Shown here: positions 1 to 11,062 of the stretch, piece by piece
Numbering within the stretch: position 1 is the first letter of the stretch
Layout of the letters: each line of letters begins with the position of its first letter
DNA from: an uncultured delta proteobacterium
GTDB taxonomy: Bacteria; Myxococcota_A; Polyangia; Polyangiales; Polyangiaceae
Reading direction: 5' to 3'
Length of the DNA stretch: 64,000 bases
NCBI GenBank assembly: GCA_963716725.1
Contig: CAVQUB010000001.1
Location: 96,001-160,000, forward strand
Made by a program: the position numbers and the translations under genes
The notes under the pieces: generated by a model
What the model saw: the letters and a program-made list of their open reading frames with translations, nothing else
What the model was told of the DNA's origin: nothing
The model's database searches: none

Positions 1-1807
<1,807 letters not shown>

Positions 1808-2268
1808 GCCGTCTCCTTGGCCAACGTGCTTCTACATCAACTGGCGGGGCCTGAGCACGCCCTTCTCGTAAATCGGAACCCGGCAGCGGAGCGCGAGTTC
1901 CTTCGCAGGCCGGACCGTGCGAGCGTGCTCGGAACGCCGGTCATGCCCGTGATCCCGACCGTTTCTGCCGCCGTAGCGCGACGACTGTTCTTGGGCTGCC
2001 AAGGGTTACTGCACGACCCGTCACGCCGGGCAACGAAGCGCGGGCTCTCACGTCCTCCCCATCTTGCACGGCGAGCGAGTAGTCGGCCGCATCGAGCCCA
2101 AGTACGCACGGGAGACCCAAACGCTCTCGGTCAGCAACATCTGGTGGGAGCGCGAGTTGGTGGGTGCCGCGCGGCTTGCTGCGCTGCCCAAGGGGTCCAC
2201 GCCCTGACGTGCGGCGCGCATCGCAGCGCCAGCCTCGGCGGGCGCGTCGGTCTAGTCGCGCACGAAGC

Positions 2269-2748
2269 TCATTCCTTGCTCACGGAGCAGTGCCCGGGCG
2301 GGCTGCTCCAGGTGGCTTGGCACTTCTTCGATCCATCCCAGCAGCCGTAGACGTTGCGCCCGCTCTTGGTGCGGAGGTTGGCCTCGAAGTGCAGGTCGCG
2401 ACAGGGCATCCCCGAGGTGAAGCCGGACACTTCGCACGTAGCCTGGTCGAACGTGTATTTGTTTTCACCCACCAACCAGGTCCCGCCCGAGTCCGCAACG
2501 TTGTCGGGGATCGAGAAGCGCTGCTCGATGGCGCCGATGCTGCGGATGTTGCAGGCGCTGTCTGCCTTCACGCTCGGGCACGTGAAGCGCCACGTGCCCT
2601 TGGCCCCGCACACATCGACCTTGGGCTGTGGCGGCGCTGGCGCTGGCGACTCGGTGGCGGCGCTCGGTTCACTCCGCTTGCAACAGAGCAGGAGCAGCAA
2701 CAGAAACACGGAACCGGCGCCCGCGACGCGCTTTACCTCGGTGAGCAC
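2269..2748 (-). CDS. Putative Cys-rich lipoprotein
   Basis: Hydrophobic leader ending LLLCC, Pro/Ala linker, Cys-containing domain. Confidence 0.55.
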   Translation of the reverse strand: MLTEVKRVAGAGSVFLLLLLLCCKRSEPSAATESPAPAPPQPKVDVCGAKGTWRFTCPSVKADSACNIRSIGAIEQRFSIPDNVADSGGTWLVGENKYTFDQATCEVSGFTSGMPCRDLHFEANLRTKSGRNVYGCWDGSKKCQATWSSPPGHCSVSKE

Positions 2749-3080
2749 GCCGCGACTCTACGCCGGAGATCTTCGCCGAACAACCGGGTCGAACCGGTTC
2801 AGCTGCCGGCGGCTCGAGCGCACACCCGCTCAGCGGGTGCCCCTTCGGCGGTAGAGCGCGAGCGTCATGGCGGCAATCGCCAGCTCCCAAGGTGATGCGC
2901 GCCCGCTCCCTCCGCTCAGGGCGCAGCCGCCGTTGTCGTCCGCGCCCAACGAACAGCCTGACCGTCGCAAGCCGCCGGGCGTACCTGGGCCTGATAGTTG
3001 GCTCGCGGCTCGCGTGGCGTTGCGGTTGGCCGATCCCGCTATTCCTCGACACCCAACGATGGCATGCCCCCTCTGATCCA

Positions 3081-3335
3081 ATGACGCAAGCCAACGGCGT
3101 CATCCCCATCGACAACGGGATCGTCGAACGCCTGCACGTCAGGGCCGCGCTCACGCGCAAGAATTTTCTCTTCGCCGGCTCCGATGCAGACGGCGGCTGA
3201 GCCGCAATCGCCTACACCATCCTCGGCTGCTGCGCGCTCGCCGGCGTCAACCCCGTCGAGTACTTGGCGGACGTGCTGCCGCGACTTGCACGTCGCGTGC
3301 GCCTGCGAGACCTGCCCGCCTTGCTGCCAGCGCGA
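3081..3335 (+). pseudogene. IS66-family transposase C-terminal remnant
   Basis: IPIDNGIVERLHVRAALTRKNFLFAGSD...*AAIAYTILGCCALAGVNPVEYLADVLPRL..LLP with an internal stop. Confidence 0.85.
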
Positions 3336-4041
3336 GCCCGCGCCAGCGCGCGTTGCTGCGAGCCCCTGCGGCGCCGCCATCGAGCTGACGAAATCGCTGA
3401 GATCCGAGGGCCGTCTCGATCGCGCGGCTCGCACGCTCGAGCGCGTGATCCCGAGTTGCAACGGGTCCGAGCAGAGCGTCGCGCGCGCTCTCCAGCGCGA
3501 GGTTCTCGTCGAGCTCGGACCGGGTCCGGTATCGAAGGCCCAGCAGGCCGAGCCGCTCGCACCGCTGCGTGAGCCGGACGCGGCCATGGTGAAGGGTGAC
3601 GCGCAGGCGGCCCTCGCCGCGTACGAGAGCGCCTGGAAGAAGCAACCGTGGCATGCCCAGGCGCTGCGCTCGAGGCGCCGAACGGGGCGCGAGCGAGAGC
3701 GACTCAGCTCCGAAACCCATTCGGGTCGCCTCCGGTGGTGAGCTTCAGCGCGCCGAACGAGTTCACCGGCGCCTCAATTCTCATGCGCCGCCATGGGCAG
3801 CGCTGGCTCCCCATGCAGATGCTCCCGGGCGGAGTTCACGGCTGGAGTCGGGGACTACAGGCAGCTCCGGCGGGTGACCGGCTTCGCTTGGTGGACCGGG
3901 ACGGCGTGGAAGTGATCACTCTCGACGGCTACACGAACTTCGTGGTCGCGTCCGACGACCAGCGCCTCGCAGCATGGTCGGACTCGAGGCAAGCGCTGTA
4001 CGATCTGCGAACCGGCAAGGTGATCGCCGAGCGTGCAGGCA
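3332..4041 (+). repeat. Near-identical partial copy of 47755-48540 (5' part of the 870-aa lipoprotein gene) with a 76-bp internal deletion
   Basis: Direct comparison; source bases 48090-48165 are missing; one substitution seen (CAACCG vs CAACAG). Confidence 0.95.
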
Positions 4042-4089
4042 CCCTTGCCATCGAACCACAGACAACCGCTCGGCTCGGGAATCACGGGC

Positions 4090-4370
4090 TTCGCCAAGGC
4101 ATCCGCGCGCGTTTCACGGCGGTGTGGCGCTGGCATGCATGGTGGACCACAACGTTTCCGGGGCTCCCGACCTGGGCGGTCCTGCGCGCACGTTTCGCAC
4201 CTCCGCCGCCGGAGGAGATGGCGTTGGCGCAGTCGCTGCTCGACCGTTTCGCTGCCTCGTTGCCGGGCGCGACGGCGGGCGATGTGCTGGTGCTCGTGGC
4301 GCGTGCGCTGGCGCCGCTGACGACCGCATCGGTCCCCGACGGATTACGTTTCGTGTTCGCGGCGCTCAGC
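4090..4370 (+). pseudogene. Remnant of a transposon accessory ORF (similar in character to orf1 of DDE/ExeA three-gene elements)
   Basis: RWHAWWTTTFPGLPTWAVLRARFAPP..SLLDRF..LAPLTTAS, directly fused to an ExeA-like fragment. Confidence 0.5.
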
Positions 4371-4376
4371 CGCTGC

Positions 4377-4855
4377 GCGCCCGCTGGACCGAGCACATCG
4401 CCACCACGCTCACGTGCCCTGTCTTGATCATCGACGAGGCCCAGGAGGCGCTCAACACCGTCCTCGGCGAGCTGCGCATGCTCTCCAGCAAGGATCTCGA
4501 TTCCCGGCAGCTCCTCTGCGTCGTGCTCGCCGGCGACGCCAGGCTCACCGACCGCCTGCGTTCGCCCGAACTCGCCCCACTCGGCAGTCGCATCCGCCGC
4601 CGCCTCACCCTCGATTACGTCTCGCGCGACCCGCTTCTTGCGTGCCTCGACCACTTGCTCGAGACCGCCGGAAACCCGACCCTGATGACCACCGAGCTCA
4701 AGGCCACGCTCGCCGATCACGCCGCCGGCAACCACCGCGTCCTGACGAATCTGTGCGACGAGCTCTTGGCCCAGGGCGTCGACCGCGAGCTGCCCCGCCT
4801 CGACGAGAAGCTCTACCTCGAGACCTTTGCCCGGCCCGCGCAGAAGAAGGCACTG
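4377..4855 (+). pseudogene. ExeA-like AAA ATPase C-terminal remnant (transposon helper)
   Basis: Walker B PVLIIDEAQ, ELRMLS..LDS...VVLAG, LGSRI; no Walker A; homologous to 35426-36223. Confidence 0.8.
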
Positions 4856-4944
4856 GACCGCATCGATGTGCGCGTGAGCGGGGCAGCGGCGAAGCGAAGC
4901 CGTCCTCCGCGGCGCGGCAACTGCGCTAGGCTTCTTCGGCGTAC

Positions 4945-6300
4945 GTGGACAGTTCAGGGCGCGTCGGGCGCTACGTCATTTTCGAGGAAATCGCCGCGGG
5001 CGGCATGGCCACGGTGCACCTTGCACGCCAACGCGGGGAGGCAGGGTTTGAGCGCACGGTTGCCATCAAACGTTTGCACCCGGCGCTGGCTCGGGATCCG
5101 GAAGCCGCCGAGGCGTTCGCCAACGAAGCGCGCCATGTGTCGCGCGTCATGCACGCGAACGTGGTACCCGTCCTGGATGTAGTTCGCGAGGATGGGCAAC
5201 TGGCCCTGGTGATGGAACTCGTGGTCGGCGCACCGCTGTCCGCCCTGGCGAGACAAGCACGTCTGAGCGGAGCACGCTTGCCGCCAAGCGTCGTCGTCGC
5301 CATCGTCTCCGGCATGCTACGCGGACTGCACGCGGCGCACTGCGCTCACGACGAGCAGGGCAATGCACTCCTTCTCGTACACCGAGATGTGTCCCCGCAG
5401 AACGTCTTGGTCGGTGTGGATGGGGTGGCGCGCGTAGTGGACTTCGGCATTGCAAAGGCGATGGCGAAGAGCACCACGACGCGGGGGCAACTCAAGGGCA
5501 AACCGGGATATATGTCACCGGAACAATTGCGCGGCGAACGGCTCGATGCCCGCACCGATATCTACGCGGGCGCGGTCGTGCTGTGGGAGGCGCTGACGGG
5601 GCAGCGACTTTTTGCTGGGGGTACCGACCAAGCCGTCGCCCGCAAGATCCTGGAAAAGGCCGTAGATGCACCGTCCCGGCTGGAGCCCGCGTTGCCGAAT
5701 GCGCTCGACATGCTCACGTTGAGGGGCCTGGCTCGAGGCCCGGCGGACCGCTTCGACACGGCGCTCGCTTTTGCCGAGGCGCTGGAACAGGCAGTGCGCC
5801 CTGCGTCGGCGTCGGAGGTGGCCGCGCTCGTGCGCCGGCTTTGTGGCGAGGAACTGCGAGTCCTGGAAGCGGCGAAGCGACGCACCGAGCCGGATCCGTC
5901 CGATGCTGCCGTCGTGGCGCCTCCCGCGTCGAATGAAACGGCCGGTAACACCTGGGCATACGTGGCGCTGGTCGCCACGGTCTTACTGGCGTCAGTGGGG
6001 ATCGGCCTTGGCTTCGGGTCCGACACGTCGCCAGCAGAAGCACCGCCCTCCGTGACACAGGCCGGCGCCGCCGAGACGGAACCGGGACCATCCCTCCCCG
6101 TTGCAAGCGCAGCTCCGCCGGCGGACGCGGCAGCTGCGGCGGTGACTTCTGCGGCGGCGGCCAAGACGCCCGCGGTCCCCCCCGCGCGGCAGGTTTCGAG
6201 CCCAGCGCCCCGCGTGCTTGCCAGCGCGAAACGCGATTGCGATCCGCCGTACATCGTGGACGCTGACGGCTACCATCGCATGAAACCGCAGTGTTTGTAG
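4945..6300 (+). CDS. Membrane Hanks-type Ser/Thr protein kinase
   Basis: GGMATV, VAIKRL, HRDVSPQN, DFGIAK, YMSPEQ; TM helix; Pro/Ala linker; C-terminal CDPPYIVDADGYHRMKPQCL. Confidence 0.95.
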   Translation: MDSSGRVGRYVIFEEIAAGGMATVHLARQRGEAGFERTVAIKRLHPALARDPEAAEAFANEARHVSRVMHANVVPVLDVVREDGQLALVMELVVGAPLSALARQARLSGARLPPSVVVAIVSGMLRGLHAAHCAHDEQGNALLLVHRDVSPQNVLVGVDGVARVVDFGIAKAMAKSTTTRGQLKGKPGYMSPEQLRGERLDARTDIYAGAVVLWEALTGQRLFAGGTDQAVARKILEKAVDAPSRLEPALPNALDMLTLRGLARGPADRFDTALAFAEALEQAVRPASASEVAALVRRLCGEELRVLEAAKRRTEPDPSDAAVVAPPASNETAGNTWAYVALVATVLLASVGIGLGFGSDTSPAEAPPSVTQAGAAETEPGPSLPVASAAPPADAAAAAVTSAAAAKTPAVPPARQVSSPAPRVLASAKRDCDPPYIVDADGYHRMKPQCL

Positions 6301-6369
6301 CCGCGCCGCCTTGAACGGTGCTGCCGCGGCTTCTCGTCCATTCTCGACCGCGCTAGCGTCGCCCCGGTA

Positions 6370-7206
6370 GTGGACCTTCGTTTCGCATTTGGCATCGCTT
6401 GCGCCTGCATGCTCACCGCGGGAGGGCTCCGCGCGGAGGAGGAACAGGCCTGCGTGACGGCCTACGACGAAAGCCAACGCGCGCGACGCTCCGGCCAGTT
6501 GCTTCGGACCAGAGAGCTGCTCCTCAGCTGTGCTCAGGAGAGCTGCCCAGCTCCCATCGTCAAGGCGTGCACGCGCTGGTTGGCAGATGTCACCGCCAGC
6601 ATTCCGACGTTGGTGGTGGGAGCAAAGGACGCAGAGGGACGCGACTCCATCGACGTACGGGTCTTCGACGGCCAGGTGGTGCTTGCCGACAGGTTGGATG
6701 GGCGCGCCGTGATGCTCGACCCGGGGGCGCATGAGCTGCGTTTTGTCTTCCCAAACGGCAGCGTCGTCGTGGAGCGCGTTCTGGTACGGGAGTCCGAGAA
6801 GAACCGCGTCGTGACGGCGCAGCTGCCTGGTCCGAAGAAAGCGCTGGCGCGCAAGCAGCCACGCGCTGTGCAGAACGGCACCCGAGGTGATCACCAAGAA
6901 ACGACGCCTGGGCCACCGGTAGTCACGATCGTGCTCGGCGCGGTCGGGGCGGTCGCTCTTGCGTCTTTTGGGTATTTCGGTATCGGTGCACAACGCGAGG
7001 CCGACCATCTTGACGCCACGTGTGCTCCCAACTGCCCCAGAAGTGATACCGACGCGATCAAGAACAAGGCCCTGATCGCGGACATCTCTCTCGGTGTTGG
7101 GCTCGCCAGCTTTGCCGGCGCGACGTATTTTTGGGTGACCGCGGCGCCAGGGGCGAGCACTGCGGGGACTGGCGTCACTTCCGTGGGCGTGGCCGGGCGG
7201 TTCTGA
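6370..7206 (+). CDS. Secreted Cys-helical (TPR-like) + PEGA-like protein
   Basis: Signal peptide, CVTAYDESQRARRSGQLL..CP..C.RW, LDPGAHELRF, hydrophobic hairpin with CAPNC, terminal GRF; paralog of 23519-24376. Confidence 0.8.
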   Translation: MDLRFAFGIACACMLTAGGLRAEEEQACVTAYDESQRARRSGQLLRTRELLLSCAQESCPAPIVKACTRWLADVTASIPTLVVGAKDAEGRDSIDVRVFDGQVVLADRLDGRAVMLDPGAHELRFVFPNGSVVVERVLVRESEKNRVVTAQLPGPKKALARKQPRAVQNGTRGDHQETTPGPPVVTIVLGAVGAVALASFGYFGIGAQREADHLDATCAPNCPRSDTDAIKNKALIADISLGVGLASFAGATYFWVTAAPGASTAGTGVTSVGVAGRF

Positions 7207-7235
7207 ACGCGTCGTGCTGGGTGTATGGTCGCTGC

Positions 7236-8567
7236 ATGCCGTCGGCCCCGCCGGATGTCACCGCTACGCTGCAGAAAGCGCGCACCGCGCTCGGCGAACT
7301 CCCGCGTTTCGCGTTGCAGGTGCTGGAAGGGCCTGATCGCGGCAAGCGCTGGTTGCTCGATGCGCAGCAGCCAGGGCGCATCTTGATCGGAACGGGCCCC
7401 GCCTGCGCATTTCGCCTGTCGGACCAGCACGTTTCGCGACGCCACCTTGCGCTCGAGACCGACGGCAACGAGTTGCTCCTGACGGACCTGGGTTCAACGA
7501 ACGGGACGCGGGTGGGCGGTGTGCGCGTGATCGAGGCGATGCTTTCCGGTAGTGCACGCGTGCATTTGGGTGACACCACCTTGGGCGTCGAGCCGATTGC
7601 ATCGGAGACGGCGGACAAGCTCTCGCCGGATACGACCTTCGGCAGGTTGGTTGGGCAGAGCGTTGCGATGCGGCGCCTGTATCCACTCTGCGACCGCCTC
7701 TCGTCGAGTGACGTTCCCGTGCTGGTCGAGGGCGAGACGGGAACGGGCAAGGAACTCCTGGCAGAAGCACTGCACGACAAGAGTGACCGTGGTACCGGCC
7801 CCTTCGTGGTATTCGACTGCGCAGCGGTCACGCCGTCGCTGCTCGAGTCGCATCTTTTCGGACATGAGCGCGGGGCATTTACCGGTGCCACTGCAACGCG
7901 CAAGGGGGTCTTTGAGCTTGCTTCAGAGGGCACGCTCTTCATCGACGAAATCGGTGATCTGGATATCGCGCTGCAGTCGCGACTGCTGCGCGCCATCGAG
8001 CGCGGAGAGGTCTGCCGCGTTGGAAGCGAGCGATGGCAGACCGTGGACGTGCGCATCATCGCCGCCACGCGTCGCGATTTGGACAAGGAAGTAGCGGCCG
8101 GGCGTTTTCGTGACGACCTCTTCTACCGCTTGGCTGTGGGGCGTTTGGAGTTGCCACCTCTACGCAGGCGCCACGGCGACGTGGGGCTGCTGGCCCGACA
8201 CTTCTGGGACCAATTGGCGGGGACCGAACGACCGCTGCCCTACGAACTGTTCGAGCGCTTCGAGGAGTACTCCTGGCCTGGCAACGTGCGTGAACTGCAC
8301 AACGCAGTGGCGCGCGCTGCCGCCCTCGGGGACCTGGCCGAGTTCGACATGGATGCCAAGGGTGACACGTCCGATGATTTGGTCGAACGTGTGTTGGCGC
8401 TCGATTTGCCGCTGCCGCGAGCCAAACAAAGGCTGCTTGTCGAATTCGAGCGCCGCTACGTCGAACGCGTGCTGGCGCGATATGGCGGCGATGTGGCAAG
8501 GGCAGTGCAGGCTTCGGGAATCGCGCGACGGTACTTCAACCTGCTACGCGCGCGACATCGTCAGTAG
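7236..8567 (+). CDS. FHA-domain sigma54 enhancer-binding protein
   Basis: FHA (VSRRH, DLGSTNGT), [29 protein letters not shown]-terminal HTH. Confidence 0.95.
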   Translation: MPSAPPDVTATLQKARTALGELPRFALQVLEGPDRGKRWLLDAQQPGRILIGTGPACAFRLSDQHVSRRHLALETDGNELLLTDLGSTNGTRVGGVRVIEAMLSGSARVHLGDTTLGVEPIASETADKLSPDTTFGRLVGQSVAMRRLYPLCDRLSSSDVPVLVEGETGTGKELLAEALHDKSDRGTGPFVVFDCAAVTPSLLESHLFGHERGAFTGATATRKGVFELASEGTLFIDEIGDLDIALQSRLLRAIERGEVCRVGSERWQTVDVRIIAATRRDLDKEVAAGRFRDDLFYRLAVGRLELPPLRRRHGDVGLLARHFWDQLAGTERPLPYELFERFEEYSWPGNVRELHNAVARAAALGDLAEFDMDAKGDTSDDLVERVLALDLPLPRAKQRLLVEFERRYVERVLARYGGDVARAVQASGIARRYFNLLRARHRQ

Positions 8568-9589
8568 CTCAGCAAAGTCGTTGCGCCCGTTGCCGGGTCG
8601 AGCGTCAGGATACGGCCGTCCGATTCCATGAGGAGGGGCGGCTGCCCCGGACGGACGATCAAGTTGGGAGCATTGACTGGAACGCCGGCATCGAGGGCGA
8701 CGGACACGCTACGTCTCGCTTGCTGCTTGGTGTCGAAAACCTCGAGGGTTGACGGCGCCCGGTACAGGTACGCCGCGCCCTCCGCAATCGCCAACGCTCG
8801 CACTCTCCCGCCGGCGCTTCCCTCCGCGACACCCTCGGCCACAAGGCTGCCGTTGGGGATCTTCCCGAGCTCCCCGGTGGTGGAGTCCGCGTACCAAACT
8901 GCATCTGCCGTGGTCGCGAGCACGAAGGGGCCTTCCGAGGGCAAAGCCGTGGCGTCACATTGGCTTTTCGTCAGAGTGGCGATGCCGTCTAGGCTGATAC
9001 CGTCGACTGAGAGCAACACAGTTCCACTGGCGTTCATCACGGAGTCTGCCGGGTCGGGCCAAAACGTCGCCGACGCCAGGTTTGGACAAAGCAGGCCGAC
9101 CCTCGTGTCTGTTCCGACCTTGCCGGTTTTCGGGTCGATGGGATAGGTCGCGCCTTCGAAGGTAAAACCGTCCCACAAATGCGCGCGCCAGGATCCGTCT
9201 GACAGGCGCGCGATGCTACGGACGTCGCGCAATGCCGGGCCGAAGCCCGCGGTGTGTGGCGTGCCGTTCGCGTCTTCGATCCACCCCGCGCGAATCGTCC
9301 GCTGTCCGGTCTGGAGATCGACGCCCAACACCGCGCCCTGATCGAGAGCACCGTGAACGCGCACCGCCAGCAGCAACTCACCTGCGTCGACAAAGCCTCC
9401 CACGATTTCCCGCTTCGGCAGCCGGTCCCAAGGGATGACGACGCCGGCTCCGACGCAGCCGGGCTTTACTTCGGCAGCGCAGCCGGTTTTGCCTCCGGAG
9501 CCTCCTTCCGAGAGGCGATCCAGATCCAGTGTCACCGTGCAACCACTTGCGTTGAGCAAAGCGAACCCGAGGAAGCTGGCAAGGCGCAT
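8561..9589 (-). CDS. Lipoprotein, probable beta-propeller
   Basis: Lipobox ASGC; IVGG..ELLLAVR..GAVLGVDLQTGQRT shared with the neighbour. Confidence 0.75.
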   Translation of the reverse strand: MRLASFLGFALLNASGCTVTLDLDRLSEGGSGGKTGCAAEVKPGCVGAGVVIPWDRLPKREIVGGFVDAGELLLAVRVHGALDQGAVLGVDLQTGQRTIRAGWIEDANGTPHTAGFGPALRDVRSIARLSDGSWRAHLWDGFTFEGATYPIDPKTGKVGTDTRVGLLCPNLASATFWPDPADSVMNASGTVLLSVDGISLDGIATLTKSQCDATALPSEGPFVLATTADAVWYADSTTGELGKIPNGSLVAEGVAEGSAGGRVRALAIAEGAAYLYRAPSTLEVFDTKQQARRSVSVALDAGVPVNAPNLIVRPGQPPLLMESDGRILTLDPATGATTLLSY

Positions 9590-9591
9590 GG

Positions 9592-10770
9592 TCAGAAGCT
9601 GATCACGTTGTTGTTGCCGTTGGCCGGGTCGTACACGACGACTGCGCCATCGATGACCAGGACCAGGGCCGCCAAGGTTGGATGCGAAAAAACGAGCTGC
9701 CGCGTCTTGGGCTCCGTGCGCGCCGGGCCCGTGTCTTTCGCCAAAACCCGTCGCTGCCCGGTCGCGCGGCTAACCTCGACGAGACGGAAAGCGTTGAGTA
9801 GTTCACCACCCGCGCCAAACGCGAACGAGTCGTTCACGGCCAAGTGCGCGCTACCGATGGGATTGCCCTCGAAGGCCGGCAGCTTCGCCGTGGATGCAGA
9901 AACGACCATCGATTTGCCGCTGGTTGTGTTGAAGGTGACCAGGTTGCTGCCGAACTGATCGACCAACCACAACTCCCCAGCCTGCCAGTGGATACTCTCC
10001 ACGCTCGCTTCCATGGGCACCTGGCCAACCAACTCGCATTGCTCACCAAAGATGCGCACGATCCACTCGGCTTGTATGTTCTGGCCGATGACGTAGGCAC
10101 TGCTGTCCGGAAGCACCGCGGGGCGTGCGGTTGACTGCACTTGGAGCGCGTCCGGCAGCACCTGAACGCATTTGTCCCCGATCGACCGTGTGGTCCGGTT
10201 TCCGCTGCCAGCTTCAACGTCTAGCACGAAGCCAGAAAATCCCTTGAATGGAGGAAGCAGCAACGCGAACACGTTCCCAGAGCTGCTCACGCCGACGCCC
10301 GAGAAGCCAAAGAAGCCGTCCCCCTCACCCTGGCCGGCGAAGCTTCCTCCTGGGGTGCGCAGCGAGCCACTGATCAGTCGACGCTGCCCGGTTTCGAGAT
10401 CCACGCCCACGATCCCGCCCTCGCCGCCGGAGCCATCACGCCGAACGCCAATGAGCAGTTCTTGGCCGTGAATCGCGCCACCGACGACGTCGAGTCGCAT
10501 CTCTCCGAACTCGCTGCGCCAGTCAATGACCAGGCCCTCGCCGATCGTGCCCGGCTGCAGCGTATCCACTGTTCGGCACCGGTCGTTGGTGCTGTGTACT
10601 GGGTCCATGCACGGCACGAGCGTCGGGGCAGGAAGCGCACCGGCACCGAGTCCTGCGTCCAAGGGGCCGCCGCTGGACTGGCCGCTGTCCACGAACACCG
10701 AGCATGCTTCCCCAAATAGGGCAGCCGCGGCTGTCATCGTGGCGAGATGCGCGAGCAAACGGCGTGACAT
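9592..10770 (-). CDS. Lipoprotein, paralog of 8561-9589
   Basis: ATG 10770, leader ending GEAC; VVGG..ELLIGVR..GGIVGVDLETGQRR. Confidence 0.75.
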   Translation of the reverse strand: MSRRLLAHLATMTAAAALFGEACSVFVDSGQSSGGPLDAGLGAGALPAPTLVPCMDPVHSTNDRCRTVDTLQPGTIGEGLVIDWRSEFGEMRLDVVGGAIHGQELLIGVRRDGSGGEGGIVGVDLETGQRRLISGSLRTPGGSFAGQGEGDGFFGFSGVGVSSSGNVFALLLPPFKGFSGFVLDVEAGSGNRTTRSIGDKCVQVLPDALQVQSTARPAVLPDSSAYVIGQNIQAEWIVRIFGEQCELVGQVPMEASVESIHWQAGELWLVDQFGSNLVTFNTTSGKSMVVSASTAKLPAFEGNPIGSAHLAVNDSFAFGAGGELLNAFRLVEVSRATGQRRVLAKDTGPARTEPKTRQLVFSHPTLAALVLVIDGAVVVYDPANGNNNVISF

Positions 10771-10930
10771 GTTCAAGCGAGCGTTGCGTGAGGCCACCGC
10801 AGAGTCTGCCGTCGAAGCTCGGGTTGGTCCAGTCGCAGAGCAGACTTCGTGCGGAGGCGGGTCTGCGCCCGGGGACGATTGGATTCGCGCCGAGATCCGC
10901 CAGATCCCGGAACGTGCCGGCCCGCGGGCG

Positions 10931-10979
10931 GCGGGATCCCGCAGATCCCGCCGTGGATGCGCGCGCGCGGGATCCCGCG
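10931..10979. promoter_or_regulatory. Two GCGGGATCCCGC palindromes (10931-10942, 10967-10978) plus extra GATCCCG half-sites; candidate activator binding sites
   Basis: Perfect palindromes in a divergent intergenic region just upstream of a sigma54 motif. Confidence 0.5.
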
Positions 10980-10989
10980 GGGTTCTCCG

Positions 10990-11005
10990 CGGCACAGGCC
11001 TTGCT
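10990..11005 (+). promoter_or_regulatory. sigma54 -24/-12 promoter
   Basis: CGGCACAGGCCTTGCT fits GGCAC-N5-TTGC, upstream of ATG 11063 with GAGGA RBS. Confidence 0.8.
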
Positions 11006-11062
11006 CAGGGGTGGCGCACATCGCGACGCGCACGCAGTGCGTCGCCCAGCGAGGAACCGCTT

